Source: Firmicutes bacterium UBA3943 | GTDB taxonomy: Bacteria; Bacillota; UBA4882; UBA10575; UBA3943 | NCBI GenBank assembly: GCA_002385625.1 | Contig: DGDV01000039.1 | Span: 52,564 to 116,563, forward strand | Length of the DNA stretch: 64,000 nucleotides | Reading direction: 5' to 3' | Shown here: in pieces, positions 36,494-46,265 of the stretch | Position numbering within the stretch: position 1 is the first letter of the stretch | Layout of the letters: each line of letters starts with the position of its first letter | The notes under the pieces: model-generated | What the model was told of the DNA's origin: nothing | What the model saw: the letters and a program-made list of their open reading frames with translations, nothing else | The model's database searches: none | Program-made: the position numbers and the translations under genes

Positions 36494-37498
36494 ATGCTAT
36501 GTTCGAAGCAGTTTAAATGCTGGGGTAAATTCCTGATTGGACTTGTTGCTTTTGGAGGGATTCTCCTTTGGTGGCGGCTTTATCGTACACCTGTCCGTGT
36601 CACGGATTATTATATGGGAACATTCTTTACTATTACCGCCTATGGGCCAAGGGTCAAGAGCGGTGTTGATGCCGCAATGCGGGAAATTGCCCGAATTGAG
36701 GCCCTGACCACGGGTTCCCGTGGTCCGGTGGCGGAATTAAACAATAATACCGGCCGATGGATGCGTGTACCGGGCGAATTGTACCGGTTGTTGCAACGTG
36801 TTGATACCTACCGATCTGCAACCGATGGGTATTTCGAACCGGCCATTGGTTCGTTGGTTGAGCTTTGGGGGTTTGGTTATGGCGGGGAAGGACAGCTTCC
36901 GACCCTGTACCGGATTCAAGAGGAGACGGCGCGACTTAGCCAACCAGGATTAGAATTTCGGAAAAACTCCAGGGAAGTGCGGCTTCGCCCAAGGACCAAA
37001 TTGGACTTGGGGGGCGTAGCCAAGGGGTATGCGGTGGACCGGGCAGTCGAGGTCCTGCGTCAGTACGGGGTACGTAGCGCCCTTGTCAATGGCGGAGAAA
37101 GCAGTATCCGTGCCTTGGGCACCCGGCCTGGCGGTGCACCATGGCGGATTGGCCTGCCCCATCCCAGGAACAAAGATTGGATCGGTGTCTTTGAGCTGCC
37201 GGGAGGAATGGCCATGGGGACCTCTGCCGATACCCAGCGTTACTTCATCCGTAATGGTCGGCGGTACTCCCATTTGATTAACCCGAAAACAGGTTATCCG
37301 CCGGAGGACGTTTATTGGGTCTCTGTGTTAGCGCCCAGTGCCCTCCAGGCAGATGTGTATTCTACAGCGGTGTTTGTCTGTGAAGGCGAGGATCGGCTGG
37401 AAGTTTTACGACAATGGAATGTTGAAGGTGCGGTGGTTCCGGCCAAAGGGGATGTGCAAATGACCCAGGAATACCGGAATTGCTTGCGGGATAAATAG
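36494..37498 (+). CDS. apbE: FAD:protein FMN transferase (ApbE family)
   Basis: LDLGGVAKGYAVD and TSADTQRYF motifs with an N-terminal anchor. Confidence 0.85.
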   Translation: MLCSKQFKCWGKFLIGLVAFGGILLWWRLYRTPVRVTDYYMGTFFTITAYGPRVKSGVDAAMREIARIEALTTGSRGPVAELNNNTGRWMRVPGELYRLLQRVDTYRSATDGYFEPAIGSLVELWGFGYGGEGQLPTLYRIQEETARLSQPGLEFRKNSREVRLRPRTKLDLGGVAKGYAVDRAVEVLRQYGVRSALVNGGESSIRALGTRPGGAPWRIGLPHPRNKDWIGVFELPGGMAMGTSADTQRYFIRNGRRYSHLINPKTGYPPEDVYWVSVLAPSALQADVYSTAVFVCEGEDRLEVLRQWNVEGAVVPAKGDVQMTQEYRNCLRDK

Positions 37499-37585
37499 GT
37501 TTGTTCGATTTAACACTGAAGGATGGGGTTCTGGAATCGGAATATATTGTGGGCTCCCTTTGGGTAAATACTATGGAAAGCACCA

Positions 37586-38272
37586 ATGAGGGAGGTATGG
37601 GACTTGGACGATCTGGAACTCCAGAAGGTCGTTGCTGATTGGTTGAGTCGGGATCCCAGGTTGGCGCCTTATGGACTGAAGGCCCGGGTTAACCAGGGCT
37701 TTGTCACTCTTCAGGGCGTTGTGGATGTTTTAGCCGAAAAAGAATATGCCGAGGAACAATTACGTTCAATGGCGGATGTGCGGGGTGTAGAAAATTCCTT
37801 GGTTATTTGCACCGATGGCGGGATTGACGATGAAGATGTGGCCTTTGAAGTCAGTGAAGAACTGCGGGCCGACCCGTCTGTGCCGGATACCATTGGTGTG
37901 GACGTCCGTTCTGGACGGGTCCGTCTGTTGGGGCAGGCGGATACGCTGGCCCAGGAGTTTGCGGCGAAGAAAGCTGCCATGAAGGCGCGGGGTGTAACCG
38001 AAGTCACCAGTGAGATCCGGCTGGACTGTGAACAGGTGGATGACGCCACATTGACCAATCGGGTCAAGGACGCGCTGATGCAGGACGGACGGATCTATTT
38101 TCAAACTGTCGGTATTACCTGCCATGATGGGGTTGTTTACCTGTCCGGAAAGGTTGAGAACGATGAACAGCGCTTGGTCATAAACCATTTGGTCTATCAG
38201 ATCCCCGGCGTCTTGGAGGTGAAAAGTAATTTGCAGGTGGCTGAGAACAACCCGGATGAGGTGGTTCATTAA
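37586..38272 (+). CDS. BON-domain protein (three BON-like repeats)
   Basis: Repeated pattern V..G.V.L.G.V......A......V.GV..V. Confidence 0.7.
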   Translation: MREVWDLDDLELQKVVADWLSRDPRLAPYGLKARVNQGFVTLQGVVDVLAEKEYAEEQLRSMADVRGVENSLVICTDGGIDDEDVAFEVSEELRADPSVPDTIGVDVRSGRVRLLGQADTLAQEFAAKKAAMKARGVTEVTSEIRLDCEQVDDATLTNRVKDALMQDGRIYFQTVGITCHDGVVYLSGKVENDEQRLVINHLVYQIPGVLEVKSNLQVAENNPDEVVH

Positions 38273-38342
38273 TTGTTTTGTAACATCAACTTCCAGAAGG
38301 AGAAACCCTTGGTAAAGAGAATGGATCTGCCAAATAAAAGTA

Positions 38343-38975
38343 ATGGGAGGAATGGTTTTGGTTAAGACAAGGGTTATTCTCATGTTGGCGCTGTTGGGAA
38401 CGATGTTAATGGCCCTTCCGGCGCTGGGGGTGTTCGGCAATACCGAATTAGTGATGGTTCCGTCGGCGGATACCCTTCGTACGCAGCAGTTTGAGTTGGG
38501 TTTCCATGCAATGACCGATGGCCCGTGGTTCGGTGAATTTCATCTGGGGATTGCACCGGGATTTGAGGTCGGTGTGGATGCCATTGAAGATAATGACCTG
38601 GGCTTGCGCCTGAAATACCGGTTTCTTGAGGAAACAAAGGATACACCGGCCCTGGCCGTCGGCATTAATGACGTGGGAAGGGATGATGTGAGCCCCTATA
38701 TTGTGGCCAGCATGCGTTTTCCCAAGACTTTCATCCGTTGGCACCTTGGCCTGGGCGGTGGTTGGTATGACGGGCTGTTCTTGGGGCTGAGTACGGATCT
38801 AAACACCATTTCCAGTGGTAAGAAGGGAACACCCATCTCTTTAATGCTGGAAGTGGTCAATGGTGATCTCAATGCTGGGGCTGGCATTAACTTTGCTCCT
38901 GGCTGGAAACTTGATGTTGGCATCGTGAGTCAGGAACTGTTGCTGGGTTTAACATACCAGAATTCCTTTAAATAG
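38343..38975 (+). CDS. Secreted hypothetical beta-rich protein
   Basis: Signal peptide (VILMLALLGTMLMALPALG); no family recognised. The start could be 38352. Confidence 0.5.
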   Translation: MGGMVLVKTRVILMLALLGTMLMALPALGVFGNTELVMVPSADTLRTQQFELGFHAMTDGPWFGEFHLGIAPGFEVGVDAIEDNDLGLRLKYRFLEETKDTPALAVGINDVGRDDVSPYIVASMRFPKTFIRWHLGLGGGWYDGLFLGLSTDLNTISSGKKGTPISLMLEVVNGDLNAGAGINFAPGWKLDVGIVSQELLLGLTYQNSFK

Positions 38976-39424
38976 GCGCAGAAACGAACAGATCATTTTG
39001 GCTAAGACCCTGTAGGCAGAGGTGATGAGTCTTGATATGCCTTGCAGGGCCTTTGTTTTGGCAAAGAATGAGAGGGCTTTTTAACGGGGGAAATGGATTT
39101 TCAATAAACTGGAAATGGATGCCACTATTTACAATGGCTGTATGATATGGTATATTATTTTTAAGGTCCGGTTTTTCCATTATTTTTTTGCCCTAAACAA
39201 AACATAGGATAATACTGAAAATTATGACCCAAATCTGATTTTTATTTTATGCATAAATCTTGATAACCAGTGGACGGGGCATTATCTCTTGATAATGTCC
39301 TATATGTTTTTATGGCTTATTTTACATTTAATGTTAACAAAATGTTCTTTTTTTTGATCGATTCGTCGGCTTCTGCCATGAGCTTTTCCACCCCGCTTTC
39401 CGGCTGATTGAAAGGAGAGGTAAG

Positions 39425-39871
39425 ATGCAAAAGATTAAATTGACAAAAGGGGCATTTAATAACCTCCTGTACAATTTGGTGGAGATGGAAAGCAGAAGAG
39501 ATGAGATTCTTGATGAGTATTTAACGGGGGATCTTAAAGAGCGGGAAGAGATCTCCGCCATGCTCGATGACTATATTGAATTTATGAATAAGATTATGGG
39601 GTCCTTTTCTGTCCAGCAAACGGCGAAAAACGAAATGCCCTTCGTGGTGGTGGGATGCCGGGTGACCATTGAAGATGTTGCCAGTAAAGAGCAGTTTGAA
39701 TACTGCATTATACCGCCGTTTAAAAAAGAGATCAGGTATTGTGATGCCACTATTTTATCTCCCATCGGCAAGAGTATCCTGAAAAAACGCAAGGGCGAAT
39801 GTTTCAGCATCCAGGCGCCGGGCGGGGAGTTTAAGTACAAGATCCTTTCCATCGTTTATGAAGAGATCTGA
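39425..39871 (+). CDS. GreA/GreB C-terminal-domain-like protein
   Basis: GAAAGGAGAGG RBS. N-terminal coiled coil, then a pattern like the GreA C-terminal FKBP-like domain (V.VGC.V...D......Y.I.......ILSP.GK..L....G). Confidence 0.55.
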   Translation: MQKIKLTKGAFNNLLYNLVEMESRRDEILDEYLTGDLKEREEISAMLDDYIEFMNKIMGSFSVQQTAKNEMPFVVVGCRVTIEDVASKEQFEYCIIPPFKKEIRYCDATILSPIGKSILKKRKGECFSIQAPGGEFKYKILSIVYEEI

Positions 39872-40053
39872 CCTTTTGACGGTCATTCCGGCATAAAAAG
39901 GCCCTTCCTTAACCCGGGAGGGTCTTTTTGTCGCTTGACAAGGAATTATTGGTTCTTAATACGAAAAAGGTTTTACTTGACAAAAAACCTTAAATCCACT
40001 ATACTTCCAATGTCAAGTATTTTCCCTTGACACGTGGGGGCGGTAACGGCTTC

Positions 40054-40437
40054 ATGGAACGCTTAATCCAAATGGGTTTGCTTTATGACTTTTATGCACC
40101 GCTATTAACCGAGAAACAGAGGCAAATTGCGGAGGAATACTATTTTCACAATCTTTCGTTGGGGGAGATTGCCGAAGAGGAGAAAACCTCCAGGCAAGCG
40201 GTGCACGATTTACTGCAGCGGACCGAGGAATTGCTCCTAAAGTATGAGGAACGCCTTGGCCTTTACCGGAGCTATTGTGAGCGCCGCAAGGTCCGGAACC
40301 GTCTCGCCGAAGGATTAAGCCGCCTGGAGCGTTTGCTCCCGGCTGAATTGGCGGAGGCCCGAGGCTTGCTCCGGGAACTCAAAGAAGCATTGGAACTATT
40401 GGTGGAAAAAGAAGAAGGACAGGAGGACTTGGCGTGA
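40054..40437 (+). CDS. ylxM: YlxM (UPF0122) putative helix-turn-helix protein
   Basis: LYDFYAPLLTEKQRQIAEEYYFHNLSLGEIAEE signature; immediately upstream of ffh. Confidence 0.8.
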   Translation: MERLIQMGLLYDFYAPLLTEKQRQIAEEYYFHNLSLGEIAEEEKTSRQAVHDLLQRTEELLLKYEERLGLYRSYCERRKVRNRLAEGLSRLERLLPAELAEARGLLRELKEALELLVEKEEGQEDLA

Positions 40438-41762
40438 TCTTTGAAAGTCTCTCCGAACGTTTGCAAGAAACCTTCCGTCGCTTAAGGGGGCGGGGAAGGC
40501 TAACCGAGAAGGATGTGGATGAAGCCCTTCGCGAGATTAAACTGGCCCTTTTGGAAGCGGATGTCAGTTTTAAGGTTGTCAAAGACTTCATTGCCAAGGT
40601 GCGGGAACGCGCTGTCGGCCAGGATGTCTTGAACAGTTTGACTCCAGGTCAAATGGTCATCAAAATTGTCCATCAGGAACTGACCGAGCTGATGGGCAAG
40701 GCCGAGAGTAAACTGAAGACCGGCGACAGAACGCCCACAGTTATTATGCTTGTGGGTTTGCAGGGCGCCGGTAAAACCAGCACCGCCGGGAAACTTGGCC
40801 GCCTTCTCAAACAGCAGGGCCGCCGCCCGCTGTTGGTTGCAGCTGATATCTACCGCCCGGCTGCCGTCCGGCAATTGGAGATCCTGGGTGAACGCTTGGA
40901 TCTGCCGACTTTTACCGTCCCGGGGGCCAATCCGGTGGAGATTGCTCGCTTGAGCGTGGAAAAGGCCCTCAGCCTCAACCGGGATCCGGTCATCATCGAC
41001 ACCGCTGGTCGTCTGCACATCAATGAAGAACTCATGACTGAGCTGGCGAGGATCAAGCAAACCGTCAACCCTACGGAAATTCTGTTGGTCCTTGATGCCA
41101 TGACCGGTCAGGATGCGGTTAACGTGGCGGAGAGTTTTCACAAGCAGTTGGAGCTCACCGGCCTGATCCTGACCAAACTTGACAGTGATACCAGGGGCGG
41201 CGCCGCCTTGTCCATCCGGGCGGTGACCGGTTGTCCCATCAAATATGTGGGTCTGGGCGAAAAGTTGGAAGACCTCGAGGTTTTTCATCCTGAACGCATG
41301 GCCTCCCGAATCCTGGGGATGGGCGATGTTCTCTCTTTGATTGAAAAAGCCGAGGCGGCAGTTGACGCCCAGGATGCCAAAAAGATGATGGCCAAACTCC
41401 AGCGGGCCGAATTTACCTTCGAGGATTTTTTAGACCAGATGCACCAGTTGAAAAAGATGGGTCCACTGAATCAATTGCTTTCCCTGCTGCCCGGGGCCGC
41501 CAAACATCTCAAAGGACTTGAAGTGGATGAAAAACAAATGAAACGTGTGGAAGCCATGATCCTTTCCATGACACCATTGGAGCGGCGGCAACCCCAGATC
41601 ATCAATGCCAGCCGGAAGCGGCGTATTGCCCAAGGCTCGGGTACGACCATTCAGGATGTTAACCGTTTGTTGAGCCAGTTTGAACAGACCAGGAAGATGT
41701 TCAAGCAATTTGCGGAGTTGGGTAAGGGCGGTAAAATGCCCAAAATCCCATTTCTGCCCTGA
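40434..41762 (+). CDS. ffh: Signal recognition particle protein
   Basis: MIFESLSERLQ N-terminus, GLQGAGKTST, DTAGR and a Met-rich M domain. Confidence 0.95.
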   Translation: MIFESLSERLQETFRRLRGRGRLTEKDVDEALREIKLALLEADVSFKVVKDFIAKVRERAVGQDVLNSLTPGQMVIKIVHQELTELMGKAESKLKTGDRTPTVIMLVGLQGAGKTSTAGKLGRLLKQQGRRPLLVAADIYRPAAVRQLEILGERLDLPTFTVPGANPVEIARLSVEKALSLNRDPVIIDTAGRLHINEELMTELARIKQTVNPTEILLVLDAMTGQDAVNVAESFHKQLELTGLILTKLDSDTRGGAALSIRAVTGCPIKYVGLGEKLEDLEVFHPERMASRILGMGDVLSLIEKAEAAVDAQDAKKMMAKLQRAEFTFEDFLDQMHQLKKMGPLNQLLSLLPGAAKHLKGLEVDEKQMKRVEAMILSMTPLERRQPQIINASRKRRIAQGSGTTIQDVNRLLSQFEQTRKMFKQFAELGKGGKMPKIPFLP

Positions 41763-41897
41763 CCTAAGGTGGACGCCGTGGCTCTTCTCCACGGTTTACC
41801 GATATGTTTTAGGGCCTTTGGCGGCCCGGAAAACTTATCGATGTTACCGGCTGCAAAAGCCGTTGACGGTCCACAGCCTATTTAAGGAGGTGAAAAA

Positions 41898-42164
41898 ATG
41901 GCAGTTCGCATTCGTCTGACAAGAATGGGAGCAAAAAAACGCCCCTGTTATCGTTTGGTGGTTGCTGATTCCCGTTTTCCCCGGGACGGCCGTTTCATTG
42001 AGATTCTCGGCCAATACAACCCCATCACCGAACCTGTGGAACTGGTGATTGACAAGGAAAAAACGTTGGAATGGTTGGCAAAGGGCGCACAACCCTCCGA
42101 TACAGCCAAACGGCTGCTGAAGAAGGCTGGAGTGATCCCCGGTGCCGAAGCCTCCGGTGAATAA
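41898..42164 (+). CDS. rpsP: 30S ribosomal protein S16
   Basis: [26 protein letters not shown]. Confidence 0.95.
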   Translation: MAVRIRLTRMGAKKRPCYRLVVADSRFPRDGRFIEILGQYNPITEPVELVIDKEKTLEWLAKGAQPSDTAKRLLKKAGVIPGAEASGE

Positions 42165-42181
42165 CGGGAGGGAAACTATGC

Positions 42182-42415
42182 ATGAGAGAATTAGTTGAAG
42201 TTTTAGTTAAAATGCTGGTTGATGATCCATCTGCGGTTTCTGTGCGGAAAACCGAACGGAACGAGGGCGTTCTTCTGGAAATAAAGGTTGCCAAGGAAGA
42301 CGTGGGTAAAGTCATTGGCCGGCAAGGCCGGGTGATCAAGGCCATCCGCACCGTGGTACGTTCTTGCGCCCAGCGGGAGGGTAAACGGGTTAATGTGGAG
42401 CTGACCGAGGATTGA
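42182..42415 (+). CDS. khpA: KH-domain RNA-binding protein (YlqC/KhpA)
   Basis: VGKVIGRQGRVIKAIRTV GXXG KH motif; conserved position between rpsP and rimM. Confidence 0.85.
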   Translation: MRELVEVLVKMLVDDPSAVSVRKTERNEGVLLEIKVAKEDVGKVIGRQGRVIKAIRTVVRSCAQREGKRVNVELTED

Positions 42416-42960
42416 GGGAAGCGCTGCCACCGGATCTGCCCGGAGAATGGGTCGGTGTGGGCGAGGTTTTAACCACCCATGGTGTCCAGGGTGAATTGAA
42501 GGTATTACCCCTAACTGATGACCCTTCGCGTTGGGAGGAATTGACCCGCGTCTTCGGACGTACCGCCGAAGCAACGCTGGAACTCCACGTGGAAAACGTT
42601 CGTTACTTTAAACAGTTTGTGATCGTTAAATTTCGCGAGATCGCCGATCTGAGTACTGCGGAGAGCCTGCGCGGGAGTCGGCTTTGGATCCCCAAAAGCG
42701 AACGGAAAACCCTGCCGCCCGACAGGTTTTACACCGACGACCTTTTACAGATGGACGTATTTGACGATGCTGGCAGGCTGTTGGGGAAGATTGAGCAAGT
42801 GATGGTCACAGGGGCCAATGATGTCTTTGTGGTCAAAGACGAAGGTGAGCGGGAGATCCTTTTACCCGCCCTTAAATCCGTGGTATTGCAGGTGGATTTG
42901 GCTGGAAAGCGGATGACTGTTCGGATCCCCCCCGGACTGCTGGAGGACGATGAAGGGTGA
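42412..42960 (+). CDS. rimM: 16S rRNA processing protein RimM
   Basis: [16 protein letters not shown]...and PRC-barrel C-terminus; operon position. Confidence 0.9.
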   Translation: MREALPPDLPGEWVGVGEVLTTHGVQGELKVLPLTDDPSRWEELTRVFGRTAEATLELHVENVRYFKQFVIVKFREIADLSTAESLRGSRLWIPKSERKTLPPDRFYTDDLLQMDVFDDAGRLLGKIEQVMVTGANDVFVVKDEGEREILLPALKSVVLQVDLAGKRMTVRIPPGLLEDDEG

Positions 42961-43703
42961 AGATCTGGGTATTAACGTTGTTTCCCGAGATGTTTCAGGG
43001 CCCGCTGAGTACCAGCATCCTGAAGAGGGCAAAGGAAAAGGGGCTCTTTGACTACCAATTGGTTAATTTTCGGGATTTTGCCAAAGATCGTCACCGCACC
43101 GTCGATGATACGCCTTATGGCGGAGGAGCCGGTATGGTGCTCAAACCGGAGCCTGTCTTTGCCGCTGTGGACAGTATCATGGCCCAAGCCAACTCCTGTC
43201 CCTACCGGATCTTAACCACGCCGCAGGGAGAACCCTTCAACCAGCGGCTGGCAAAAGAACTGGCGGCGAAGGAAGAATTGCTCTTTATCTGCGGCCATTA
43301 TGAAGGCTACGATGAGCGCATTCGCTCCTTGGCTGATCGGGAGATTTCCATCGGTGATTACGTTTTGACCGGTGGTGAACTGGCGACGATGGTTATGATT
43401 GATGCCATTGTCCGGTTAATCCCCGGGGCGCTTGGTGACGAGCAATCAGCCCAAAATGACTCCTTTTCCGAAGGGCTGTTGGACTATCCGCAGTATACCA
43501 AGCCGGCTGTCTTTCGCGGCCTTGCCGTGCCGGAGATTTTGCTGTCAGGGCACCACGCCCGGATTGCGGCCTGGCGACGCCGGCAGGCCTTGCAACGTAC
43601 CGCTGAGCGACGCCCTGATTTATTGGCCAAGCTGGATTTAACGGCGGAAGAACGTGAGATGTTGCAGCAGATGGGGTATCCGGCGCCAACTTGTGAGGAA
43701 TAA
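42957..43703 (+). CDS. trmD: tRNA (guanine37-N1)-methyltransferase
   Basis: [25 protein letters not shown] and GHYEGYDER motifs. Confidence 0.95.
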   Translation: MKIWVLTLFPEMFQGPLSTSILKRAKEKGLFDYQLVNFRDFAKDRHRTVDDTPYGGGAGMVLKPEPVFAAVDSIMAQANSCPYRILTTPQGEPFNQRLAKELAAKEELLFICGHYEGYDERIRSLADREISIGDYVLTGGELATMVMIDAIVRLIPGALGDEQSAQNDSFSEGLLDYPQYTKPAVFRGLAVPEILLSGHHARIAAWRRRQALQRTAERRPDLLAKLDLTAEEREMLQQMGYPAPTCEE

Positions 43704-43747
43704 TATTCCATGATATAATTCTCTTTATTGGAAGGAGGGAAAAACCC

Positions 43748-44095
43748 ATGAATATCATTGACGTGATCAGCAAAGAACATTTGCGCAGCGATATACCCGA
43801 ATTTGCACCGGGAGATGTTGTGAAAGTCTACGTTAAGGTTAAAGAGGGCAACAGGGAACGGTTGCAGGTGTTTGAAGGTGTAGTGCTCCGTCGCTCAAAC
43901 GGTGGTTTGAACGAAACCTTTACCGTGCGGAAAATCTCTGGCGGTATCGGAGTGGAGCGGACATTCCCCATCCATTCACCGATGATTGATCGGATTGAAC
44001 GGGTGCGTCAGGGTAAGGTTCGCCGTGCTAAATTGTATTATCTGCGGGGCCTTTCGGGGAAAGCGGCTCGGATCGAAGAACGGCGGGAGGATTAA
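43748..44095 (+). CDS. rplS: 50S ribosomal protein L19
   Basis: [30 protein letters not shown]. Confidence 0.95.
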   Translation: MNIIDVISKEHLRSDIPEFAPGDVVKVYVKVKEGNRERLQVFEGVVLRRSNGGLNETFTVRKISGGIGVERTFPIHSPMIDRIERVRQGKVRRAKLYYLRGLSGKAARIEERRED

Positions 44096-44142
44096 TCTCT
44101 CGCTTTCCTACTTTTCATCGGCTGGTTGAAGGGGGCTTCCCA

Positions 44143-44790
44143 GTGGAAGAGTTCAGAAAATCGGATATCCGGGAGATTATCGAAGCATTTGCCAGCTCCG
44201 TGGTTACCATACTTTTTATCATGATCTTTGTTGTCCAGTCCTTCCTGGTGCGAGGGAGCTCCATGGAGCCTACACTGCTGGACGGGGAACGTTTGTTTGT
44301 GGACAAGATCACCTACCGGTTTCGCCCGCCGCAACGGGGGGATATCGTAGTCTTCAAGTTTCCGAAAGATCCCACCAAAAAGTTTATCAAGCGGGTAATC
44401 GCCGTGGAGGGTGAAACGATTGTCGTTGAAAACGGCCGGGTTATTGTGGATGGCCGGAGCTTAAACGAACCCTACATCAAGGAGCGGACCAATTCCGGGA
44501 TCAGCTCGTCCATTGTTCCGCAGGGAACGTTTTTTGCCATGGGGGATAACCGCAACTACAGCAAGGACAGTCGTGACCCTGAAGTTGGGTTTATCAGTAT
44601 GCGGAATCTTGTGGGGCGAGCCTTCTTTGTCTATTATTCACCGTCAAAATACTGGAGGAGTCTTGGGCAGTCGCTTCAAAGAATTCGCTGGCTAAAGAGT
44701 CCAACATACCAGCCGACAAAGGATGATTATGATCAGGAGCCGGATACAGGCTCAATGTATGAAAGAAATTATTATCCAAGTTTTTATTAG
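44143..44790 (+). CDS. lepB: Signal peptidase I
   Basis: GSSMEPTL (Ser), KRVIAVEG (Lys) and GDNRNYSKDSR motifs. Confidence 0.85.
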   Translation: MEEFRKSDIREIIEAFASSVVTILFIMIFVVQSFLVRGSSMEPTLLDGERLFVDKITYRFRPPQRGDIVVFKFPKDPTKKFIKRVIAVEGETIVVENGRVIVDGRSLNEPYIKERTNSGISSSIVPQGTFFAMGDNRNYSKDSRDPEVGFISMRNLVGRAFFVYYSPSKYWRSLGQSLQRIRWLKSPTYQPTKDDYDQEPDTGSMYERNYYPSFY

Positions 44791-44798
44791 TTCCGGAT

Positions 44799-44841
44799 GA
44801 CCACTGCTGGGTTTCCCCCAGTAAGTGGTCTATTTTATTTT
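44799..44841 (+). terminator. Rho-independent terminator after lepB
   Basis: GACCACT..CTGGG-loop-CCCAG..AGTGGTC hairpin followed by TATTTTATTTT. Confidence 0.75.
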
Positions 44842-44981
44842 CTGTGTTTATTTTGTCCTGCTTATCGAAACTTTGTTTTGCTTAGCAGCCGGGGAAAAAT
44901 GAAGGAAAATGTGGCGGAATACGGAAATACTCAACTAGTTAAATCGCACGGGTATTTATCTAGAAAGTGCAGGAGGTTCCG

Positions 44982-46163
44982 ATGGAGATTAACAGAGTTT
45001 TTTTGGTTGTCTTGGATGGCGTAGGATGCGGCGAGTTGCCTGATGCGACGGACTACGGTGATGCCGGCAGTAATACGTTGGTGAATACCGCGCGGGCCAT
45101 TGGGGGTCTGTCCGTACCGTTCCTGGCCGAACTTGGTTTGGGCCGGATTGTTGAGATGATGGGGGTTCCTGCCGTTTCCAGGCCGCAAGGGTCCTTTGGG
45201 AAGATGGCGGAGGTCTCGGGCGGAAAAGATACTATCACTGGCCACTGGGAGATCGCGGGCATAATTTCTCCGCGGCCCTTTCCCACCTACCCGCATGGTT
45301 TTCCTGCCACAATTATTGAACGGTTTGCGCAGGCCATTGGGCGAAGGGTTTTGGGGAACCGGGTGGCTTCAGGTACGGTGATCATCGAAGAGTTGGGCCG
45401 GGAGCACCTGCAAACCGGCGCGCCCATCGTTTATACCTCGGCGGATAGTGTTTTTCAGATTGCCGCCCATGAAGATGTGATCCCCTTACCTGAGCTGTAC
45501 CGGATCTGCGGGATTGCCCGGGAGTTACTTCAGGGTGAGCACCGGGTGGCGCGGGTTATTGCCCGTCCCTTCACCGGAACACCGGGGAATTTTCAGCGGA
45601 CCCCCAACCGCCGGGACTTTGCCGTGGACCCGCCCGGGGAGACGCTGCTTGATGCGGTAAAAGCCGCAGGTTTGCGGGTGTGGGCTGTCGGTAAGATTGA
45701 AGATATCTTTAATTTCCGGGGGATTACCGACAGCATCCATTCCCATGACAACCGGGAGACCATGGATGCTTTAGAGCAGATTAGTGCGGAAGATTTCAAG
45801 GGCTTGTTCTTTGCCAACTTCATCGATTTTGATATGGTCTACGGGCACCGGAACGATCCCGTCGGCTTTGGCCGGGCCTTGACTGCGGTGGATCTGGGGC
45901 TTGGGCGGTTGGCGGAGAAGCTTGGGTCGGGAGATGTGCTGATTATTACGGCGGATCATGGGGGGGACCCGACGACGCCGAGTACCGACCATTCACGGGA
46001 GTATGTTCCGCTGTTGGTGGCAGGGCAGGCCGTCAAGGCTGGTGTAGACCTGGGTGTGCGGAAAAGCTTTGCGGATATAAACGCAACTATCCGTGAATGG
46101 TTCAATCTTCCCCCGGGTGGAGCCGGTGAGAGTTTTGCCGGTTTATTGCGCATAGATAAATGA
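44982..46163 (+). CDS. deoB: Phosphopentomutase
   Basis: VFLVVLDGVGCGELPDA and ADHGGDPT motifs. AGGAGG lies 6 nt before ATG 44982. Confidence 0.9.
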   Translation: MEINRVFLVVLDGVGCGELPDATDYGDAGSNTLVNTARAIGGLSVPFLAELGLGRIVEMMGVPAVSRPQGSFGKMAEVSGGKDTITGHWEIAGIISPRPFPTYPHGFPATIIERFAQAIGRRVLGNRVASGTVIIEELGREHLQTGAPIVYTSADSVFQIAAHEDVIPLPELYRICGIARELLQGEHRVARVIARPFTGTPGNFQRTPNRRDFAVDPPGETLLDAVKAAGLRVWAVGKIEDIFNFRGITDSIHSHDNRETMDALEQISAEDFKGLFFANFIDFDMVYGHRNDPVGFGRALTAVDLGLGRLAEKLGSGDVLIITADHGGDPTTPSTDHSREYVPLLVAGQAVKAGVDLGVRKSFADINATIREWFNLPPGGAGESFAGLLRIDK

Positions 46164-46265
46164 CGACATGACGGTTTCGTTCCCGGGCTGGAGCCGCGAT
46201 TGACCACGGCGTCCGGGGATTGGAACCATGGAATATTACCAAGTTTGCATTGGGGAGGTGGGAAT

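Noticed and set aside
37766-38440. 224-aa minus-strand ORF across the BON gene and the next intergenic region
   Set aside because: It is antisense to a gene with clear BON repeats, has no RBS and spans an intergenic gap.
40500-41288. 262-aa minus-strand ORF inside ffh
   Set aside because: It is an antisense shadow ORF of a universally conserved gene.
41763-41897. Structured leader or riboswitch between ffh and rpsP
   Set aside because: It contains only a simple CCGTGG...CCACGG hairpin without conserved riboswitch motifs, and is more simply read as a weak ffh terminator or processing hairpin.
43704-43747. L19 (rplS) leader RNA upstream of rplS
   Set aside because: The trmD-rplS spacer is only 44 nt, too short for the structured leader known from Bacillus.
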